The notes: generated by a model from the letters alone, not told the origin. A stretch of 64,000 nt of DNA from Candidatus Eiseniibacteriota bacterium (GCA_965224245.1 OZ245046.1:2464001-2528000), one strand, 5' to 3'. Counted from the first letter of the stretch, positions 37,464-48,194 are shown. Translations and numbers: made by a program.

Positions 37464-39173
37464 TCACCGATCGAGCACGGTGTACTCCAGGTAGAGCTTC
37501 TTCTCCACGGTGCGCTTGCGAAACGCTCGCCACTCGCTCGTCGAGAGCTCGTCGGGCTTCTCGACGTGAGCGCGGTCGCTCCGGAACACGCGTCCGCGGG
37601 CCTTCTCCGAGAGAGCCGCTTCGATGGCCGGCAGCGGGTGCTGCCAGGGCTTGGACTTCGTGGTCGCCCACTTCGTGTTGGCGGGAATCATGGCGACGAA
37701 GTCGCCCCGTAGCTCGCCCTGGGCCATCCAGGCAAGATTGGGGTGGGTGTCGTCGGCTGCGCCGTCCAGCGTGGCGTTGTGCGATCCGTGGTGGCCGACC
37801 TTGTAGAACACGCAGCGAGACAGCAGCTCTCGAGCGCTGACGTTCTTCCCGTCGACCTTCCACCCCAGCTTCCTCCAGGAGATCCAGTTTCCGCGCTGGG
37901 CGTCACCGGTGAACAGCAGCACTCGCCTGGACCGCGGGAGCTCGAAGGCGAGCACCAAGCTGGTGTTGTTGACCTCGTCGTTGAGGCGCAGCGCCAGCGC
38001 CTCGACGGGCGAGCACCAGTCGTTGTCGATGCGTCGCCACGCCTCGTCGTCCGGGCCGTCGGGGACGGGCGGATCCGCCTGTTCACCGCCATAGACGGCG
38101 CGATAGAACTCCTCGCTCGAGAGCTCTGCCGCTTGGAGGTCCTCCATGCGCTCGTCGAGGGACTCGGCCGGTGCCGGCTGCCCGAACACGGCGTCGCGCT
38201 CGAGGACGTAGCGGTTCGGGAAGGGCGAGCGATCCGCAGGACTGCTGTCACCCGATGCAAACGCGGCCAGCAGCGAGCGGCTCTGGCCGTCCAGGGCCAG
38301 GGACTCTCCGCCGTCGAGCCGGAACTCCTCGTCGTGACGGGGCTCGAGGTCGAGCAACAGCCTGGTGCTCCGCGGTGGCCCGAGAGCGAAGACGTTCAAC
38401 CCTCCGACGTCGGGAAGCTCGTACGGGCCTCGGTCCGGCCTCAGAAACCTGGGCGTCTTCTCCGACTTGTCACGCAGGTACTTGATCGCTCTCTTGTTGG
38501 TGATGCCCTTGATCGTGGCCGCGAGGGCGCCGATGCCGTGTCGCTGCCGTTGGCCTGTGTCGACACCGTCGAGCGCCAGCCCGGTCAACGAGGCGGCGTC
38601 GAGGTCCGGTGCGGCCATGCGCAGAGACTCGAGGTCGGCGATCACCGCATCGGCGCCGCCGTCCTCCCCGATCTCCAGGTCGAGCAGCTCTTGCAGCCTC
38701 TCGGCACGCTCGCGGTCGGCCCGGGTCGCTCTCAGGGCCTGCAGCCTGCGATGTGCGAGCGCCAGGGACACGAGCGTGTCGTTGAAGCGGTCGCGCAGCT
38801 TGTTGGCGAAGCGATCGGAGCCATCTTCGGTCCAGGGGAGCCACACCTGTCCGACGCGGATGTCGTCGAACGCTCGCTTCTTGCTCCCCGTGCGCTTGCG
38901 GGCCAGGAACCCGTTGACGTGATCCTGATGCTCGTGCGTGACCACGACGACGTCGATGAAGCCGGCCGTCGCCTCGGCAATGTCGGCGATGATGGTGTCG
39001 ATCTTCTGGTCCTCGATCTCCGACTTCGGCTTGTAGCCGCAATCGATCAGCACGTACACCGGACGTCTCTTCGACCCGGACTTGCCCGGAAACGCGAGCA
39101 GGAAGCAGTCGCCGTGCCCCTGGCGGTACATGCGCACCGTCACCCCCGAAGAAGGCGCCTTCATGATGGCCAT
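37464..39173 (-). CDS. MBL-fold metallo-hydrolase (ComEC/Rec2-like)
   Basis: GHGDCFLL, LIDCG, THEHQDHVNG, NNTSLV, LLFTGDAQ and KVGHHGSHN motifs. Confidence 0.92.
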   Translation of the reverse strand: MAIMKAPSSGVTVRMYRQGHGDCFLLAFPGKSGSKRRPVYVLIDCGYKPKSEIEDQKIDTIIADIAEATAGFIDVVVVTHEHQDHVNGFLARKRTGSKKRAFDDIRVGQVWLPWTEDGSDRFANKLRDRFNDTLVSLALAHRRLQALRATRADRERAERLQELLDLEIGEDGGADAVIADLESLRMAAPDLDAASLTGLALDGVDTGQRQRHGIGALAATIKGITNKRAIKYLRDKSEKTPRFLRPDRGPYELPDVGGLNVFALGPPRSTRLLLDLEPRHDEEFRLDGGESLALDGQSRSLLAAFASGDSSPADRSPFPNRYVLERDAVFGQPAPAESLDERMEDLQAAELSSEEFYRAVYGGEQADPPVPDGPDDEAWRRIDNDWCSPVEALALRLNDEVNNTSLVLAFELPRSRRVLLFTGDAQRGNWISWRKLGWKVDGKNVSARELLSRCVFYKVGHHGSHNATLDGAADDTHPNLAWMAQGELRGDFVAMIPANTKWATTKSKPWQHPLPAIEAALSEKARGRVFRSDRAHVEKPDELSTSEWRAFRKRTVEKKLYLEYTVLDR

Positions 39174-41377
39174 CCGAAGCCTCCCTTCTCCACGTGACGG
39201 TGCAGGTTCGCGAAGGCGTTGGCCGGGGGCTCGTCGCCGGGACCGTCGAAGGCATTGAGTACCCGGCCCGCGCTACGCAGTCGGAAGTCGCGCTGTCGCG
39301 CGAGCCCGGTGTCCTCGTCCACCGCCCAGGGCGTGCGGATGACGCGCCGGATCTCGTAGGTGCCGGCGTCGATGAGCAGCGTCGAGCCGCACCGGTGGCG
39401 GAAGTCGCCTCGAGGATCGTCGACGGCCTCGCCCCGGTCCGCCCTGGCCTGGACCTCGCGGTCGAGGTAGCCGGCGCGGCTCTGCACGATCTCGACCACG
39501 TACTCCCGCTCCACCTGACCTCGGTTGCCCAGCCGGTTGGCCATGCGCACGGAGTGGACCTCGACACTCGGCAGGCCGTTGACGTTCGATCTTCGGATCG
39601 AGCGCGGTGCGCCCGGATCCATCGTCAGCCCGATGAGCTCGTGGAGAGCGGGCGACAGAGGGTTGGTGATCAGCCCCCAGAAGAGACGGGCGTAGAACTT
39701 CCGCGCCAGAAACTCGACCTCACGGTTCGCCGACAGCCCCATCTCCAGGAGGTTGCGTGACAGGACGTTCTCGCGGCTGAGCCGACCCGGCGTCTTCGTG
39801 TACGCGCGCTTGCGCAGCCGGGTGCCGACGTTGTGCGTCATCTTCTCGGCGATCCGCTCGGCGTCGGCATCGAGCTCGTTGATGATCCTGGTGCCTGCCG
39901 AATCGCTCATGTCGCCGCGCTGCCTCAGTTCCTCGAGCGCTTCGGAAGGCTGCGACAGGAGCCGGTCGAGGTCGCCCAGGAACTCCTCCACCGCGCCCGC
40001 GTCGAGGTCCGCGGCAACCTCTCGCAGCGTCGGCCACAGGAGGCTGTTCTCGGTGACGATCGGCAGGTTCTCGGGGAGGATGCCCCAGGAGGTGAACGCC
40101 TCGATGAAGGCCCGCCGGTAGCCGTTCTCGTCTTCGGGGTAGAGATCGTGGTCGGCGGTGATGATCGCTCGCAGATAGTCGCCGAAGGTGACGTTCACCG
40201 GGGGGCAGTAGTCGAGGGCACGGATGCACATCTTGAGCACGTGCTGGGCCGACTTCGAGGCCTCCTTGGCGAGACGCCGCACGAGGTCCGGGTTCAGCTC
40301 GCCCTCTGGCAGGATGCCGCTGCCGCTCGACGCGATGCGCAGCAGGTCGGCGATCCGATCCTTGTAGATGGTGAGGAAGGCGCGGAAGACCGCCGCCACC
40401 AGGATGGCTCCGCGATCGTGGACGGCGGTCGTTCCGGCCAGCACGCGATTGTCCGGCTCGCGCACTCGCCACTCTCCGTTCTCGGTCGTGCCGAGTGCAT
40501 CGCGCAGAGCCCCGCCGCGCCCGAGAGCCTGGCCGAACTCCTGTGCCAGCTCACCGAGGAGACTCTGCTTCTCGAGATCGCCCCGGGTCCTGGCGATCTG
40601 GTCGCGCAGGACCTCCGGGAACGAGAAGTGCTGGAAGATCGCCACGATGTCGGCGAAGGCCTCGTGCAGGGCCAGAACGTCGGGATTGCTGGGCTCGATG
40701 TAGCGGGGATGCATGCCGTCGAGCAGCGCATGGCACGTCTCGTGGACGACGATGTCCTGTGAGAGGCAGGTGAAGACCGTCGAGCCCGGCGCCAGGCTCG
40801 AGGAGCCTGCACCGGCGCCGAAGTAGCCGAACAGGAGCGCCTTCTTGTCCGGGTCGTAGTAGGCGTTGGCCTCGCGCAGCGCATGGGGGTAGATGCGCAG
40901 CCGACGCACGAATCCGTCGTCGCGCGACGACCAGAGTGCGACGCGCCCGAGTGCCATCTCGAAGTTCGAGATGGTGTGCATGGCCACCGCGTACACCATC
41001 TGCTGGTGGAACCTGGGGTTCTCCTCCGAGGGCTCCAGACCGTCGGAGAGCAGGAGCGCCGGCTCGTTGAGGTCGATCGGCTCGTAGAAGGCGCCGCTGG
41101 CCGGGTCGAAATCGACGACTTCCAGATACTCGCCGCGTGGTCCCAGGAACTTGCGCGAGCGGTCGACGGGATCGAGCTCCCAGGGCAACGAGATCGTGAG
41201 CTCCCGGACCCGGCGGTTGACGTACTTGTTGCCGGTGGCCGGATCGAAGGCGAAGACACGGAGGCGGCGCGGGCTCTGGGCGAAGGCGGGATCCTGCATC
41301 TGTCTCCTCAGCGGGCTCGGGTGGGCGATCCGTGCCCGGCCGATGGGCCGAGACTGCTGGGGTCCAGGATACGGCAT
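39161..41377 (-). CDS. Cytoplasmic thermolysin/M4-like zinc metallopeptidase with C-terminal extension (start uncertain)
   Basis: ANAYY, HETCHALLDG (HExxH) and ALHEAFAD third ligand; no signal peptide; overlaps the MBL gene start. Confidence 0.88.
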   Translation of the reverse strand: MPYPGPQQSRPIGRARIAHPSPLRRQMQDPAFAQSPRRLRVFAFDPATGNKYVNRRVRELTISLPWELDPVDRSRKFLGPRGEYLEVVDFDPASGAFYEPIDLNEPALLLSDGLEPSEENPRFHQQMVYAVAMHTISNFEMALGRVALWSSRDDGFVRRLRIYPHALREANAYYDPDKKALLFGYFGAGAGSSSLAPGSTVFTCLSQDIVVHETCHALLDGMHPRYIEPSNPDVLALHEAFADIVAIFQHFSFPEVLRDQIARTRGDLEKQSLLGELAQEFGQALGRGGALRDALGTTENGEWRVREPDNRVLAGTTAVHDRGAILVAAVFRAFLTIYKDRIADLLRIASSGSGILPEGELNPDLVRRLAKEASKSAQHVLKMCIRALDYCPPVNVTFGDYLRAIITADHDLYPEDENGYRRAFIEAFTSWGILPENLPIVTENSLLWPTLREVAADLDAGAVEEFLGDLDRLLSQPSEALEELRQRGDMSDSAGTRIINELDADAERIAEKMTHNVGTRLRKRAYTKTPGRLSRENVLSRNLLEMGLSANREVEFLARKFYARLFWGLITNPLSPALHELIGLTMDPGAPRSIRRSNVNGLPSVEVHSVRMANRLGNRGQVEREYVVEIVQSRAGYLDREVQARADRGEAVDDPRGDFRHRCGSTLLIDAGTYEIRRVIRTPWAVDEDTGLARQRDFRLRSAGRVLNAFDGPGDEPPANAFANLHRHVEKGGFGWPS

Positions 41378-41598
41378 ATGCAACCCGGCGTCCTGGTTTT
41401 TTGGCTGAAAAACTTCCTTTCCTGGGCATCGCCCGAGACCGCGACCGAACGCCTCGGGCAAGTACGGTTGGCAGGAGTCGCGGCGAAGGGCGACGCCCGA
41501 GCGTGCGTGACGCGGTGCGACCGGCGCGGCCACCCGACAACCTCACCCATGCGACAACGCCTGAACGAGATCTCGTTGCCATGGATGAGGTTGGAAGT

Positions 41599-41675
41599 TG
41601 GCGTCCCGGACGGGATTTGAACCCGTGTTGCCGGCGTGAAAGGCCGGTGTCCTGACCTGGCTAGACGACCGGGAC
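41599..41675 (-). tRNA. tRNA-Glu (TTC)
   Basis: Acceptor GTCCCGG/CCGGGAC + G-CCA; anticodon arm CCGGC-CTTTCAC-GCCGG; T arm GGTTCAAATCC. Confidence 0.97.
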
Positions 41676-41764
41676 GCGTGAAAGGCCGCTGGCGTGCGAG
41701 GCCGGAGGAGACTATCAGGGAGCCCAGAGACGGTCAACGCCGCCAGGGGCGCGGCTCCGGTGCC

Positions 41765-43270
41765 TCAGAGCCCCACCCTGACGAGGTACGTCGGCCTCAG
41801 ATCCTCCATCGACGGCAAGCTCCCGTCCGCGAACACCAGCGGAATCTGACTGTCCGCGATCACGAGGATCTCCCGCCCCGCGATGGCCCCCGTCGTGGGA
41901 TCCCCGAAGCGCGGATGGTGCCGGCACAGGACGTCCATCGACCGGATGGAACGGCCGTCGGCGTCGAGTCGGAACCGCGCGACCTGTGCAAGGCCCCGGC
42001 CGTTCTGGATCGCGACCAGCGACGATCCGTGCCGGTAGAGCCCATCGATGGCCACCGTGCACACGCCGTGCGGATGGCGCATCAGCGTGACCTCGCCCGT
42101 CTCCACGTCGATCAGCGTCAGGCCGACCGCGTACTGGCTCACGTAGAGAAGCGTGCCGTCGGGCGAGATCGCGATGCCGTTGGGCGCGAAGAGCGACCCG
42201 GGCGGCAGGAACGCGTGCAGCGTGGACTCGTCGGGCGCGAGCGTATAGATCGCGCCCCCCTCGGCCTCGGTCACGTACACGGTGCCGTCGGGGGCCACCA
42301 CGAGATCGTTCAGGTTGATCGCGCCCTCCTCGCGGCTGAGGCCCGCCGCTCGCACGACCGCCGCGGTCTCGAGATCGAACGCGTGCACCGCGGCGCGGCC
42401 CGATCCGTCGCGCCGCGCCCCCTCCATCTCGGGCAGCTCGGCGCTGGCCACCCAGAGCCGGCGCCGCTCGACGTCGACGCGCAGCCCGAGCGCGCCGAGG
42501 AGACCGTCGCGGCCGGACGCGACGAACGGCGTCGCGTTGCCCTCGCGATCCAACCGGAGGACCTTCCGCTGGCGGATGCTGCCCACGTAGAACACGTCGG
42601 CGGTCGGATCGTATGCGATGCCCTCGGGAACCAGATCCCGCTCGGGGATCTCGTACACGACGTCGCAGCGACCGCCGGGCGTGCGGAGCTCGTGCTCGCG
42701 GTCCACCATGGCCGCGAACAGGCTGTCCGCCTTGAACGTGGTGTCGGCGCGGAGGGACTCGAAGGCCCGGTCGTGGGCGATGTCGAGGGTCACGCCGGTC
42801 TCGACGGCCATGTGGAGCCAGCTCAGGGCCTCCTGATGACGCTCCTCGAACGCCATCGCCCGCGCGACGTGTCGCAGGAGCGCGGGATGCCCCGGCGCCA
42901 GCGCGAGCGCGCGCTGGGCGTGCTCGGTGTAGGCCGCGAAGTCCTCGGCCTCGGCGGCGGCGACCGCCGACTGGTACTCGGAGAGAACCTCGTGCGCGTC
43001 GGCGTTGACGGCGTCACCGGTCTCCGCGTCGCCGGACTCACCACTCGCCGTGTCGCCGGTCTCGCGCGCTGCCGCGTCGCCGGTCTCGCCGTCGGCTGCG
43101 TCGGCGGTCCCGGCGGCGCTCTGGCGACCCTCACCGGCGGCGGGCGCGGGATCATCCTGGGCGGCGGTCGAGATCGGGGTCACCAGGAGCGCCGCGACGA
43201 GCGCCGAGGCGATGGCGCGCGCCGGGGTCGTTCCCGTTCCGGGTCGGGGTCGGGGTCGTCGAGATCCCAC
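41765..43270 (-). CDS. Exported TPR + SMP-30/gluconolactonase-like beta-propeller protein
   Basis: Signal peptide, acidic linker, TPR-like helices; PEGIAYD, LNDLVVAPDG, PNGIAISPDG and IDGL motifs. Confidence 0.85.
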   Translation of the reverse strand: MGSRRPRPRPGTGTTPARAIASALVAALLVTPISTAAQDDPAPAAGEGRQSAAGTADAADGETGDAAARETGDTASGESGDAETGDAVNADAHEVLSEYQSAVAAAEAEDFAAYTEHAQRALALAPGHPALLRHVARAMAFEERHQEALSWLHMAVETGVTLDIAHDRAFESLRADTTFKADSLFAAMVDREHELRTPGGRCDVVYEIPERDLVPEGIAYDPTADVFYVGSIRQRKVLRLDREGNATPFVASGRDGLLGALGLRVDVERRRLWVASAELPEMEGARRDGSGRAAVHAFDLETAAVVRAAGLSREEGAINLNDLVVAPDGTVYVTEAEGGAIYTLAPDESTLHAFLPPGSLFAPNGIAISPDGTLLYVSQYAVGLTLIDVETGEVTLMRHPHGVCTVAIDGLYRHGSSLVAIQNGRGLAQVARFRLDADGRSIRSMDVLCRHHPRFGDPTTGAIAGREILVIADSQIPLVFADGSLPSMEDLRPTYLVRVGL

Positions 43271-43408
43271 CTGCGCACTCCTTGCGACGCGGACTCGAGA
43301 CGGTGCGGGTGCCGTCGGGTGCGAGCACGAGCGCCGGTCATCGCGTCGCGAACCGCCCCACGCGGCGAACCTCGAAGCGCCGAGAGTCTACCGATCCGAT
43401 CGGTGTCG

Positions 43409-45397
43409 TCAACCGGCGGGCGGCTCGCCGTCTTCGTCGGAGGACTCGACCTCGTCCACCAGTCGCTCCCACTCCTCGTACCGGTCCGCCTTGTCGCGCT
43501 GGAGCGCCGCGTGCTCCTCGGTGACCACGCGTCGGGCGTCGGGATCCAGCTCCGGTGACGACATCCGCGCCACCGCGCTCTCCAGCCGCTCGTCGATCCC
43601 GGCGATCTCGGCCTCCAGGACACCGATGCGATCGAGCCGTCGCCGCCGCGCGCGCTGGCGCTTCTCGCGCTCGCGCTTCTCCTGCTTCCTCGCCTCGTAG
43701 CTGTCGCGGGTCTCGGCGTCCCCGGACTCCGTCGCACCCGCTCCGCCGATCGGCTCCAGCGCGAGGCCGCCGGACTCGAGCCGCCTTCCGTCGCGCGCGG
43801 CCTGGAAGCCGGCGAAGCCGCCGAGGTACGTCGTCAGCCCGCCGTCCTCGACGTTCATGATCGTGGTCGCGAAGTTCGACAGGAACGCCCGGTCGTGGCT
43901 GACCGCGACGACGGTGCCGGTGTAGTCCGCGAGCGCCGCCTCCAGCGCCTCGCGCCCGTCGATGTCCAGATGGTTCGTCGGCTCGTCGAGGAAGATCAGG
44001 TTCGGTCCGTCCAGGAACAGCTTGGCCAGGGCCACGCGACAGCGCTCGCCGCCGGACAGGAGGTGGATCGGGCGAAACACGTCGTCGCCCACGAACAGGA
44101 ACCGGGCCAGGTAGCCCCGCATCTCGCCCTGATCGGCGAGGGGCCAGATCGCCTGGATCTCCTCGAGGATGCTGGCCTCGGACGAGAGCCCCCGGAGCTC
44201 CTGATCCAGGAATCCGATCATGACGCCGACGCCATGCGTGACCGAGCCGCCGTCGGGCGGGCGCTGCCCCGAGAGAATCCGGAGCAGCGTCGTCTTGCCG
44301 CACCCGTTGGGGCCCAGGATCCCCACGCGATCTCCGCGGCTCAGATGGAACGACACATCGCGAAGGAGCTCGCGGCCGCCGATGGCGGCCCGGACGCCGT
44401 CGACCATCAGCACGTCCCGGCCCCCGGGCACCCGGGGCTGGATGCGGATCCGCGTCTGTCGCTCGTCGGGCTCGGGCCGATCCAGACGCTCCATCTTCTC
44501 CAGCCGGCGACGCCGCGAGATCGCCTGCTTGTAGCTCTGGCCAGCGATGTTGCGCTGGACGAAGTCCTCCTGGCGCGCGATCTCCTTCCGCTGGAGCCGG
44601 TAGCGTTTCTCGTCCTCGGCCCGCCGCTGGTCGCGCATCTCCATCGCGCGCCGGTACGGCGCCGGGTACACGGTGATTCCCTCGTTCGCGACGTCGAACG
44701 TGATCTCGGTCACCGCCTCCAGGAGAAAACGGTCGTGTGAGATGAGCAGGAACCCCTCGCGCCAGCTCCGGAGGTACGACTCCAGCCACTCGATCGCGGC
44801 CAGATCCAGGTGGTTCGTGGGCTCGTCCAGGAGAAGGAGATCGGGCTGGACGAGGAGCGCCCGGGCCAGCGCCAGGCGGTTCTTCTCGCCACCGGACATC
44901 ACCGACAGCTTCTTGTCGAACGACCCGGGCGAGAAGCCGAGCCCACAGAGGACCGATCGGATCCGGAAGTCGATCTCGAACCCGCCCCGGCGCTCGAAGG
45001 CGTCGTCGAGCACGTGAAGCCTGTCGAGCAGCGCGTGCTCCTCCTCGCTGCCGTGCCGAACGGCGCCGGACGCGAGCTGCTCGCGGATCTCGTGGGCGCG
45101 TGCGGACAGCTCGGTCAGCGAGTCAAACGCGCTGCGGGCCACCGACTCCACGGTCGCGTCGGTGTCGAAGGTGGGGATCTGCTCGAGCACCGACACGCGC
45201 GCGTCGCGTGAGACCCACACCTCGCCCTCGTCGGGCTCGATCTCCCCGGTGAGGAGCCGGAAGAGCGTCGTCTTGCCGGTGCCGTTGCGACCGGCCACGC
45301 CGATCCGCCGTCGAGGCGGGATCTCCAGCGATACGCCGCCCAGCACGGTGAGCGGACCGTAGAACTTCGAGGCGTTCGTCAGCCGCGCGATGCTCAC
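43409..45397 (-). CDS. ABC-F family ribosome-associated ATPase
   Basis: Two ABC domains (GRNGTGKTT/SGGEK/DEPTNHLD and GPNGCGKTT/SGGER/DEPTNHLD) with a C-terminal coiled coil. Confidence 0.96.
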   Translation of the reverse strand: MSIARLTNASKFYGPLTVLGGVSLEIPPRRRIGVAGRNGTGKTTLFRLLTGEIEPDEGEVWVSRDARVSVLEQIPTFDTDATVESVARSAFDSLTELSARAHEIREQLASGAVRHGSEEEHALLDRLHVLDDAFERRGGFEIDFRIRSVLCGLGFSPGSFDKKLSVMSGGEKNRLALARALLVQPDLLLLDEPTNHLDLAAIEWLESYLRSWREGFLLISHDRFLLEAVTEITFDVANEGITVYPAPYRRAMEMRDQRRAEDEKRYRLQRKEIARQEDFVQRNIAGQSYKQAISRRRRLEKMERLDRPEPDERQTRIRIQPRVPGGRDVLMVDGVRAAIGGRELLRDVSFHLSRGDRVGILGPNGCGKTTLLRILSGQRPPDGGSVTHGVGVMIGFLDQELRGLSSEASILEEIQAIWPLADQGEMRGYLARFLFVGDDVFRPIHLLSGGERCRVALAKLFLDGPNLIFLDEPTNHLDIDGREALEAALADYTGTVVAVSHDRAFLSNFATTIMNVEDGGLTTYLGGFAGFQAARDGRRLESGGLALEPIGGAGATESGDAETRDSYEARKQEKREREKRQRARRRRLDRIGVLEAEIAGIDERLESAVARMSSPELDPDARRVVTEEHAALQRDKADRYEEWERLVDEVESSDEDGEPPAG

Positions 45398-45563
45398 CGG
45401 TGTCGGGCTCCGTGTCGTTGCGCGGATGCGTGCGCGGTCGTGTGATCGGGCGCAGGGGAGGTCGTGTGCCCCCACTCACGCGTGGTCGCTCCCGTGGTCA
45501 CGCGCGCGGGGGTGCGCGCGCCGGCGCGCCGCACCTCGAGGTGTAAACGAGGATGACACCCCA

Positions 45564-47024
45564 TCACGACCCCGCCGGATCGGACGCGACGTCGCCGTCG
45601 TCGTCGCGCCGTCGCTCGGACTTCAGTCGCGCCCAGTATGCAAGTCGCTTCTGAACCTCGCGCTCGAACCCACGTGATACCGGCGTGTAGTAGCGCCGGC
45701 CGACCAGCGCGTCGGGAAGAAACTCCTGCGCCGCGTACGCGTCGGGGTAGTCGTGATCGTAGCGATAGCCCTCGCCGTAGCCGAGGCTCGACATCAACCG
45801 CGTGGGCGCGTTGCGCACGTGCATGGGCACGGGCTCGGTGCGGTGCTCGGTGGCGTCGCGTCGTGCGGCCGCGTATGCGAGCGTGACCGCGTTCGACTTC
45901 GGCGCGGTGGCGAGATACGTCGCGGCCTGGGCGAGCGCCAGATCGCACTCGGGCATGCCGACCACACGCGTCGCGTCCATCGCGGCCACCGCGACCGAGA
46001 GCGCGTGGGGATCGGCGTTGCCCACGTCCTCGGACGCCATCCGGATCAGGCGCCGGGCCACGAAGGACGGATCTCCCCCGCCGGTGAGGATGCGCGCCAG
46101 CCAGTAGAGCGCGCCGTCGGGGTCGCTCCCGCGGACGGCCTTGTGCAGTGCCGAGATCAGGTTGTAGTGCTCCTCGCCGCCCTTGTCGAACACGGCGAGC
46201 TTGCCGCTCTGCGCGAGACGGAGGACGTCTTCGGTGGTCACGACGCGTGACGATCCGCGCGACGAGTCGGCCGCGCCCGCCCCGTCGGCCTCACCGGCGC
46301 TGCCAGTCTCACCGGCCCCATCGGCCTCACCGGCGCCGTCGGCGGTCCGCGCCGTGCTCGCGACGAGTTCGAGGAGGTTCAGCGCGGTGCGGGCGTCTCC
46401 GTCGGCGATGCGGGTGATCGCGACCCGCGCGTCGGCGTCGATCTCGAGGCCGGCGTCCCCGAGCCCCCGCTCGCCATCGGCCAGCGTGCGCTCGATGAGC
46501 CGCGCGATGTCGCTCTCGTCCAGCGGCGCGAACGTGAACACGCGGCAGCGCGACAGGAGCGCCCGGTTCACCTCGAACGACGGGTTCTCGGTCGTGGCGC
46601 CCACGAGCACGAGGAGGCCGCTCTCCACGTGAGGCAGGAACGCATCCTGCTGCGCCTTGTTGAACCGGTGAATCTCGTCCACGAACAGCACCGTGGACCG
46701 CCCCTCGGCCGCGTGCATGCGGGCCTCGGCGACCACGGTCCGGACCTCCTTGACCCCGGCCAGGACGGCGCTGAACGTCACGAAGCGCGCTCCGCTGGCG
46801 CCGGCGATCAGGGACGCGACCGTCGTCTTGCCCGAACCCGGCGGACCCCAGAAGATCATCGAGGGGAGCCGATCACGGGTCGAGGCCTCGACGATGCCGG
46901 ACAGGGCGCCGCCCGGACCGAGTAGCGAGGCCTGCCCCACGACCTCGTCCAGCGTGCGCGGGCGCATGCGTTCGGCGAGCGGGGGGCGGATGTCGGCCGG
47001 CTCGTCCGGCTCGAAGAGTCTCAC
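45564..47024 (-). CDS. rarA: Replication-associated recombination protein A (MgsA)
   Basis: PLAERMRP, WGPPGSGKTT, DEIHRFNKAQQD, GATTENPSF, ISALHKAVRGSD and ASEDVGNAD motifs. Confidence 0.96.
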   Translation of the reverse strand: MRLFEPDEPADIRPPLAERMRPRTLDEVVGQASLLGPGGALSGIVEASTRDRLPSMIFWGPPGSGKTTVASLIAGASGARFVTFSAVLAGVKEVRTVVAEARMHAAEGRSTVLFVDEIHRFNKAQQDAFLPHVESGLLVLVGATTENPSFEVNRALLSRCRVFTFAPLDESDIARLIERTLADGERGLGDAGLEIDADARVAITRIADGDARTALNLLELVASTARTADGAGEADGAGETGSAGEADGAGAADSSRGSSRVVTTEDVLRLAQSGKLAVFDKGGEEHYNLISALHKAVRGSDPDGALYWLARILTGGGDPSFVARRLIRMASEDVGNADPHALSVAVAAMDATRVVGMPECDLALAQAATYLATAPKSNAVTLAYAAARRDATEHRTEPVPMHVRNAPTRLMSSLGYGEGYRYDHDYPDAYAAQEFLPDALVGRRYYTPVSRGFEREVQKRLAYWARLKSERRRDDDGDVASDPAGS

Positions 47025-47110
47025 GCGAGAACCTCACGGGATCGGGGCTTCATGCGCGGCATTCTACTCGATCCCGGCGATCCGGACAGACGGCGGGCGC
47101 TCCGGCGCGG

Positions 47111-48085
47111 CTAGTCCGGATAGCCGTCCGGGTTGGCCTGGAACCAGTCCCATGCCGTCCGGATGATCTCGGTGAGATCGGTGTAGCGGGGCTGCCACCC
47201 CAGCACCTCGCGCGCCTTGGCCGCCGACGCGACCAGCGTGGCCGGATCGCCCGAGCGTCGTGGCGCGTCCTCGGCGGCCACGGGACGCCCCGTCACCTCG
47301 CGTACCGCCCGGACGACCTCCCGCACCGAGAAGCCGTTGCCATTGCCCAGGTTGAAGTAGTCAGTGCCGATCGCGTCGAGCCGGTCGAGCGCGCGGATGT
47401 GAGCGTCGGCGAGATCTCTCACGTGGATGTAGTCCCGGACGCAGGATCCGTCCGGTGTCGGGTAGTCGCCGCCGAAGACGAAGAGCCTCTCGCGCTTCCC
47501 GCGCGCGACGTCGAGGGCGATCGGTATGATGTGGGTCTCGGGCTCGTGGTCCTCGCCCGCCTCGGGGATCGCCCCCGCGGCGTTGAAGTAGCGCAGCCGG
47601 ACCGAGCGCATGCCGTGAATCCGGTGATACCACTCGAGGATGCGCTCGAACATCAGCTTCGACTCGCCGTACGGGTTGGTCGGAAGCTGCGGCGCATCCT
47701 CGTCGATCGGGGAGCGCTCGGGCTCGCCGTAGGTCGCCGCGGTCGACGAGAACACGAAGCGCTCGACTCCGGCGGTGCGCATCGCCTCCAGGAGCGCCAC
47801 CCCCTTCGCGACGTTGTTCTCGAAGTACTTCCCCGGCCGCTCCATGCTCTCCTCGACCCGGCTGTGCGCGGAAAAGTGCATCACACAATCGGTTCCGGGA
47901 AGCACCTCACCGAGGAGGCGAGAATCGCCGTGATCGCCGAGGACGAATCGGGCGGCGGTCGGAACCGCGGACCGGTGCCCGCGGCTGAGATCATCCAGCA
48001 CGATCACGTCGTGGCCCAGACGAACCAGCTCGTGCGCCGTGACACTCCCGATGTAGCCGGCTCCGCCGGTGACCACGACCCGCAT
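47111..48085 (-). CDS. galE: UDP-glucose 4-epimerase
   Basis: TGGAGYIGS, FSSTAATYG, YGESK, LRYFNAAG and DGSCVRDYIHV motifs. Confidence 0.96.
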   Translation of the reverse strand: MRVVVTGGAGYIGSVTAHELVRLGHDVIVLDDLSRGHRSAVPTAARFVLGDHGDSRLLGEVLPGTDCVMHFSAHSRVEESMERPGKYFENNVAKGVALLEAMRTAGVERFVFSSTAATYGEPERSPIDEDAPQLPTNPYGESKLMFERILEWYHRIHGMRSVRLRYFNAAGAIPEAGEDHEPETHIIPIALDVARGKRERLFVFGGDYPTPDGSCVRDYIHVRDLADAHIRALDRLDAIGTDYFNLGNGNGFSVREVVRAVREVTGRPVAAEDAPRRSGDPATLVASAAKAREVLGWQPRYTDLTEIIRTAWDWFQANPDGYPD

Positions 48086-48194
48086 CGACTCCGCTCCTCG
48101 GTGATTGGCCGCTCGCTCCGGCGCGCTGCCACGGCGCCGGCCGTCGGTCGGAAGACTACTCCTCCCTCCACGATCGACAAAATCGACCGGCACG

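Noticed and set aside
37300-41600. Integrative element at tRNA-Glu
   Set aside because: No integrase, transposase or duplicated tRNA 3' end was found; island status remains an inference.
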